IMG/VR virus record: IMGVR_UViG_3300046660_000488
Coordinates: 310,001-374,000 of that record
Length of the DNA stretch: 64,000 nt
Strand: one strand, 5' to 3'
How positions within the stretch are numbered: the first letter of the stretch is position 1; each line of letters begins with the position of its first letter. Of this stretch, positions 61,714 to 64,000 are shown in pieces. The position numbers and the translations under genes are program-made. The notes under the pieces were generated by a model. The model was not told the DNA's origin. It ran no database searches and worked only from the letters and a program-made list of their open reading frames with translations.

Positions 61714-62001
61714 ATGGCAATTTCACATTACCTCGGGGTCGTCCTCGACCAGACAAGCTGGCCGCAGCCCGGTCACCGGATGCAGTTCACCGGCAAGGGT
61801 GGCTACGATGGCGAGATCGAGCATGCGTCCTCGAAATTCGAGCCGAACCAAATCCTGACCGTGAAGGAATTCGTGGTCGGCGGGTCGGCCAGCCGGGTCA
61901 TCTTCAATGAGATCGACGGCGGCTGGAATTCGGTCCTGTTCGAATGGCTGGACGATCCGCGTCCGCCCGAGGATGTGTCTCAATACGTGGACCCCGCCTG
62001 A
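61714..62001 (+). CDS. hypothetical protein
   Basis: Internal ATG of listed ORF; TGATG coupling to coaD. Confidence 0.5.
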   Translation: MAISHYLGVVLDQTSWPQPGHRMQFTGKGGYDGEIEHASSKFEPNQILTVKEFVVGGSASRVIFNEIDGGWNSVLFEWLDDPRPPEDVSQYVDPA

Positions 62002-62654
62002 TGGAAACCGTTGGCCTCTACGTCGGCTCGTTCGATCCGGTGACCCTTGGACACCTCGACATCGTCAGCAAAGCGATGAAGACCTTCGACAAGGTCATCG
62101 TCGGCAAGGGCTTCAACCCGAAGAAAAAACAATCCCTCCTGCATCCGGGCGTCGCAGCGGCTATGATCGCCCACGCCGCCAGAGAAGCGCTTGGCGTCGA
62201 ATTCGACACGCGAATCGCCAAGGGTGGTGAGATCGGCGAGGGCAAGGTCATCATCCGACATGACCGCAAGGACAAGCGATATCCCTCCACCGAGCAATAC
62301 CCTCGCGAAAACCTGCATCCGGCCTACACGTCGCTGGACGGCCGCCTGCACATCGGTGTCTACGAGGACGACATTTCGGCCTACGCAAAGCGCATGGGCG
62401 CCACCCATCTGGTGCGGGGCCTTCGGCAGGTCAGCGATTTCAACGACGAATTCACCCTGCACGGGGTGATGCGCGAGATTTCGCCTGAACTGATCCCGAT
62501 CCACATCATCTGCGACGCCAAATTCCTGCACGTCTCGTCGAGCACGGTGCGTGAACTGGCCAAGCTCGGCTACAACGACAACCTCGACTGGCTGGTTACA
62601 CCCACGGTCAAGGACATGGTGATCGACTGCACGGCGTCGGTGCTGCGCTGGTGA
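62001..62654 (+). CDS. coaD: phosphopantetheine adenylyltransferase-like nucleotidyltransferase
   Basis: YVGSFDPVTLGHLDIV, LVRGLRQVSDFNDEF, VSSSTVRELA. Confidence 0.85.
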   Translation: METVGLYVGSFDPVTLGHLDIVSKAMKTFDKVIVGKGFNPKKKQSLLHPGVAAAMIAHAAREALGVEFDTRIAKGGEIGEGKVIIRHDRKDKRYPSTEQYPRENLHPAYTSLDGRLHIGVYEDDISAYAKRMGATHLVRGLRQVSDFNDEFTLHGVMREISPELIPIHIICDAKFLHVSSSTVRELAKLGYNDNLDWLVTPTVKDMVIDCTASVLRW

Positions 62655-62917
62655 TCCATCGCGGCTTGCATACGCGAGAGCGGCAGGAGTCCAAGGGCTG
62701 GAAGAGCATCGCGTGGTGCTCCACGCCGGTCTATGCCGGGACAACCATGGTTGGCCGGGACGTGGAAGGCGGTGGCTGGTTCCGCACTTTCCAGAAGGGT
62801 GGCATGCTGTTCTACTACCACGGGGTCGATGACCACGGTGGCCCGTTCGACGGCGGACCCTGCAAAACCAGAGCCGCCGCCGCGCGGCTGGCGTCTCGCC
62901 TGTTTATGAAAACTTGA
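62651..62917 (+). CDS. hypothetical protein
   Basis: GTGA overlap. Confidence 0.5.
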   Translation: MIHRGLHTRERQESKGWKSIAWCSTPVYAGTTMVGRDVEGGGWFRTFQKGGMLFYYHGVDDHGGPFDGGPCKTRAAAARLASRLFMKT

Positions 62918-63134
62918 CCACAAGCCTGATGCCATACTGATCGTCGGTCGGAGGATCGCGCATCAAGCTGATCCGCGCGTTGGTCGGCTTTTGGGGCGGC
63001 GGCAGGTTCGCCACGTGGCGCTGTATGGCTTTCGTGACGAATGCGACGACGTTGATGCCATAGTGACGCTCAGCGTCCTCAACGGCTTCGGATGTGATCT
63101 GGAACGTGACGCCGTCTACGGTGTGTGTTTGCAT
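62904..63134 (-). CDS. hypothetical protein
   Basis: AGGAG RBS; 76 aa. Confidence 0.6.
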   Translation of the reverse strand: MQTHTVDGVTFQITSEAVEDAERHYGINVVAFVTKAIQRHVANLPPPQKPTNARISLMRDPPTDDQYGIRLVVKFS

Positions 63135-63148
63135 GGTGCTCTCCTACG

Positions 63149-63173
63149 AAAAAGGGAGGGCCGAAGCCCTCCC
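63149..63173 (-). terminator. intrinsic terminator
   Basis: GGGAGGGC-CGAA-GCCCTCCC with minus-strand T run after thyX. Confidence 0.75.
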
Positions 63174-63178
63174 GATCC

Positions 63179-64000
63179 TTATTTCTTCTTCTTGGTCTTG
63201 CCGATTTGAACAGGCGGTGTCTGGGGCGCGGTGTTGACCAGCAACTCAACCGCCTTGGGAAGGATTTCTTCCTCAAGCCTCTTGCTGGCGGCGGCCATCG
63301 ACTTGGTCAGTTCGCCGTAGGCGGGAAGGCCCCATTGCGTCGCGAATTCGCGAAGCTCACGGGGCGACATTTCGTACTTGTCGGCGAAGGCCTTATCCGA
63401 GCCCGCTTCAAGAAGCGCGTCGGTCCACCAGACCTTCGGCGCGCTCGGGCACGCCAGCAGGGCCTTCAGCAGCGAAGTCTCCATCCGCGAGTTGTGGGTC
63501 GCTTGGCGGATGTAATCCTCGAAAGCCTGAACCGACTCGGGGAACAGCGGCTGGATCAGGTCATAGATCGCGTTGGCGACGTCGCGGATTTCCCGCTGAG
63601 CATGCGGGTCCATACGCAGACGCAGAAGGTGGAACAGGTTGTGGAGGTCTTGCTTCCAGTACAGTTCCGTGTAGTTGCCGGTCGGTAGGATCGTGCGGGC
63701 CAGTTCGCGAGCGATGCCGCCGAAATCGTCGCTCAGCAGCGGGTCGGCTGGATCATACGGATCGCACCAGACATCGCGCTTGTTTTCTCCGCGATCACCA
63801 AGCAGGGCCTTGTAGATGTCGTAGGACGTGCGATTGGCTTGCTCGATCATCCAACGAACGCCGGTCTTATCCTCGTCCGAGAGGTCACCGGAGCGGCCCT
63901 GTTTGTTGTCCTTGGACTGGGGCGCGATGTAATCGGGCTCGGGCATGTAGAATTCGTCGGTCATGACCGAGTAACGACCCGAGTACTCGTTCAGGCTGGC
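63179..64000 (-). CDS. thyX: flavin-dependent thymidylate synthase, 5' truncated by window edge
   Basis: SLNEYSGRYS at window end, ARELARTILP, HAQREIR. Confidence 0.92.
   Translation of the reverse strand, partial: ASLNEYSGRYSVMTDEFYMPEPDYIAPQSKDNKQGRSGDLSDEDKTGVRWMIEQANRTSYDIYKALLGDRGENKRDVWCDPYDPADPLLSDDFGGIARELARTILPTGNYTELYWKQDLHNLFHLLRLRMDPHAQREIRDVANAIYDLIQPLFPESVQAFEDYIRQATHNSRMETSLLKALLACPSAPKVWWTDALLEAGSDKAFADKYEMSPRELREFATQWGLPAYGELTKSMAAASKRLEEEILPKAVELLVNTAPQTPPVQIGKTKKKK

Noticed and set aside
1-64000. Stop-codon reassignment, prompted by the phage aaRS genes
   Set aside because: TAG, TGA and TAA all end genes that are immediately followed by the next gene or a terminator; core genes are uninterrupted in code 11
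1-64000. CRISPR array, IS element or integrase
   Set aside because: No regularly spaced direct repeats, transposase or recombinase motifs seen; repeats found are protein-coding or terminators

Overview
High-GC segment of a large T4-like (myovirus-type, probably jumbo) phage genome. The cellular-type genes (tyrS, trpS, prs, coaD, M16 peptidase) suggest an alphaproteobacterial host (inference). Core modules: tape measure, portal, prohead protease, scaffold and major capsid protein (17.6-27.2 kb); gp26/gp51-like tail or baseplate chaperones; spanin/holin-like lysis genes; a gp38-like adhesin; and replication genes (family B polymerase, clamp, clamp loader, T4-type RNase H, resolvase, DnaE-like fragment). 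Nucleotide metabolism genes are tdk, thyX, a HAD nucleotidase, phoH, prs and a Nudix hydrolase. Accessory content is unusually rich: two class Ic aminoacyl-tRNA synthetases flanking a beta-solenoid protein, a probably virion-packaged ADP-ribosyltransferase next to a NADAR, an HNH/RNA ligase/PNKP/HD cassette, an output-less triple-PAS protein, an M16 peptidase and a CoaD. A (A/C/G)TAAATA late-promoter motif recurs about 21 times. The strongest sequence-level leads are a slippery heptamer plus hairpin that would fuse the gp26-like and gp51-like ORFs by -1 frameshifting, the PAS-only sensor, and apparently leaderless late genes. All protein calls come from motif recognition by eye; no searches were run. 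I saw no tRNA, rRNA, CRISPR array or IS element.
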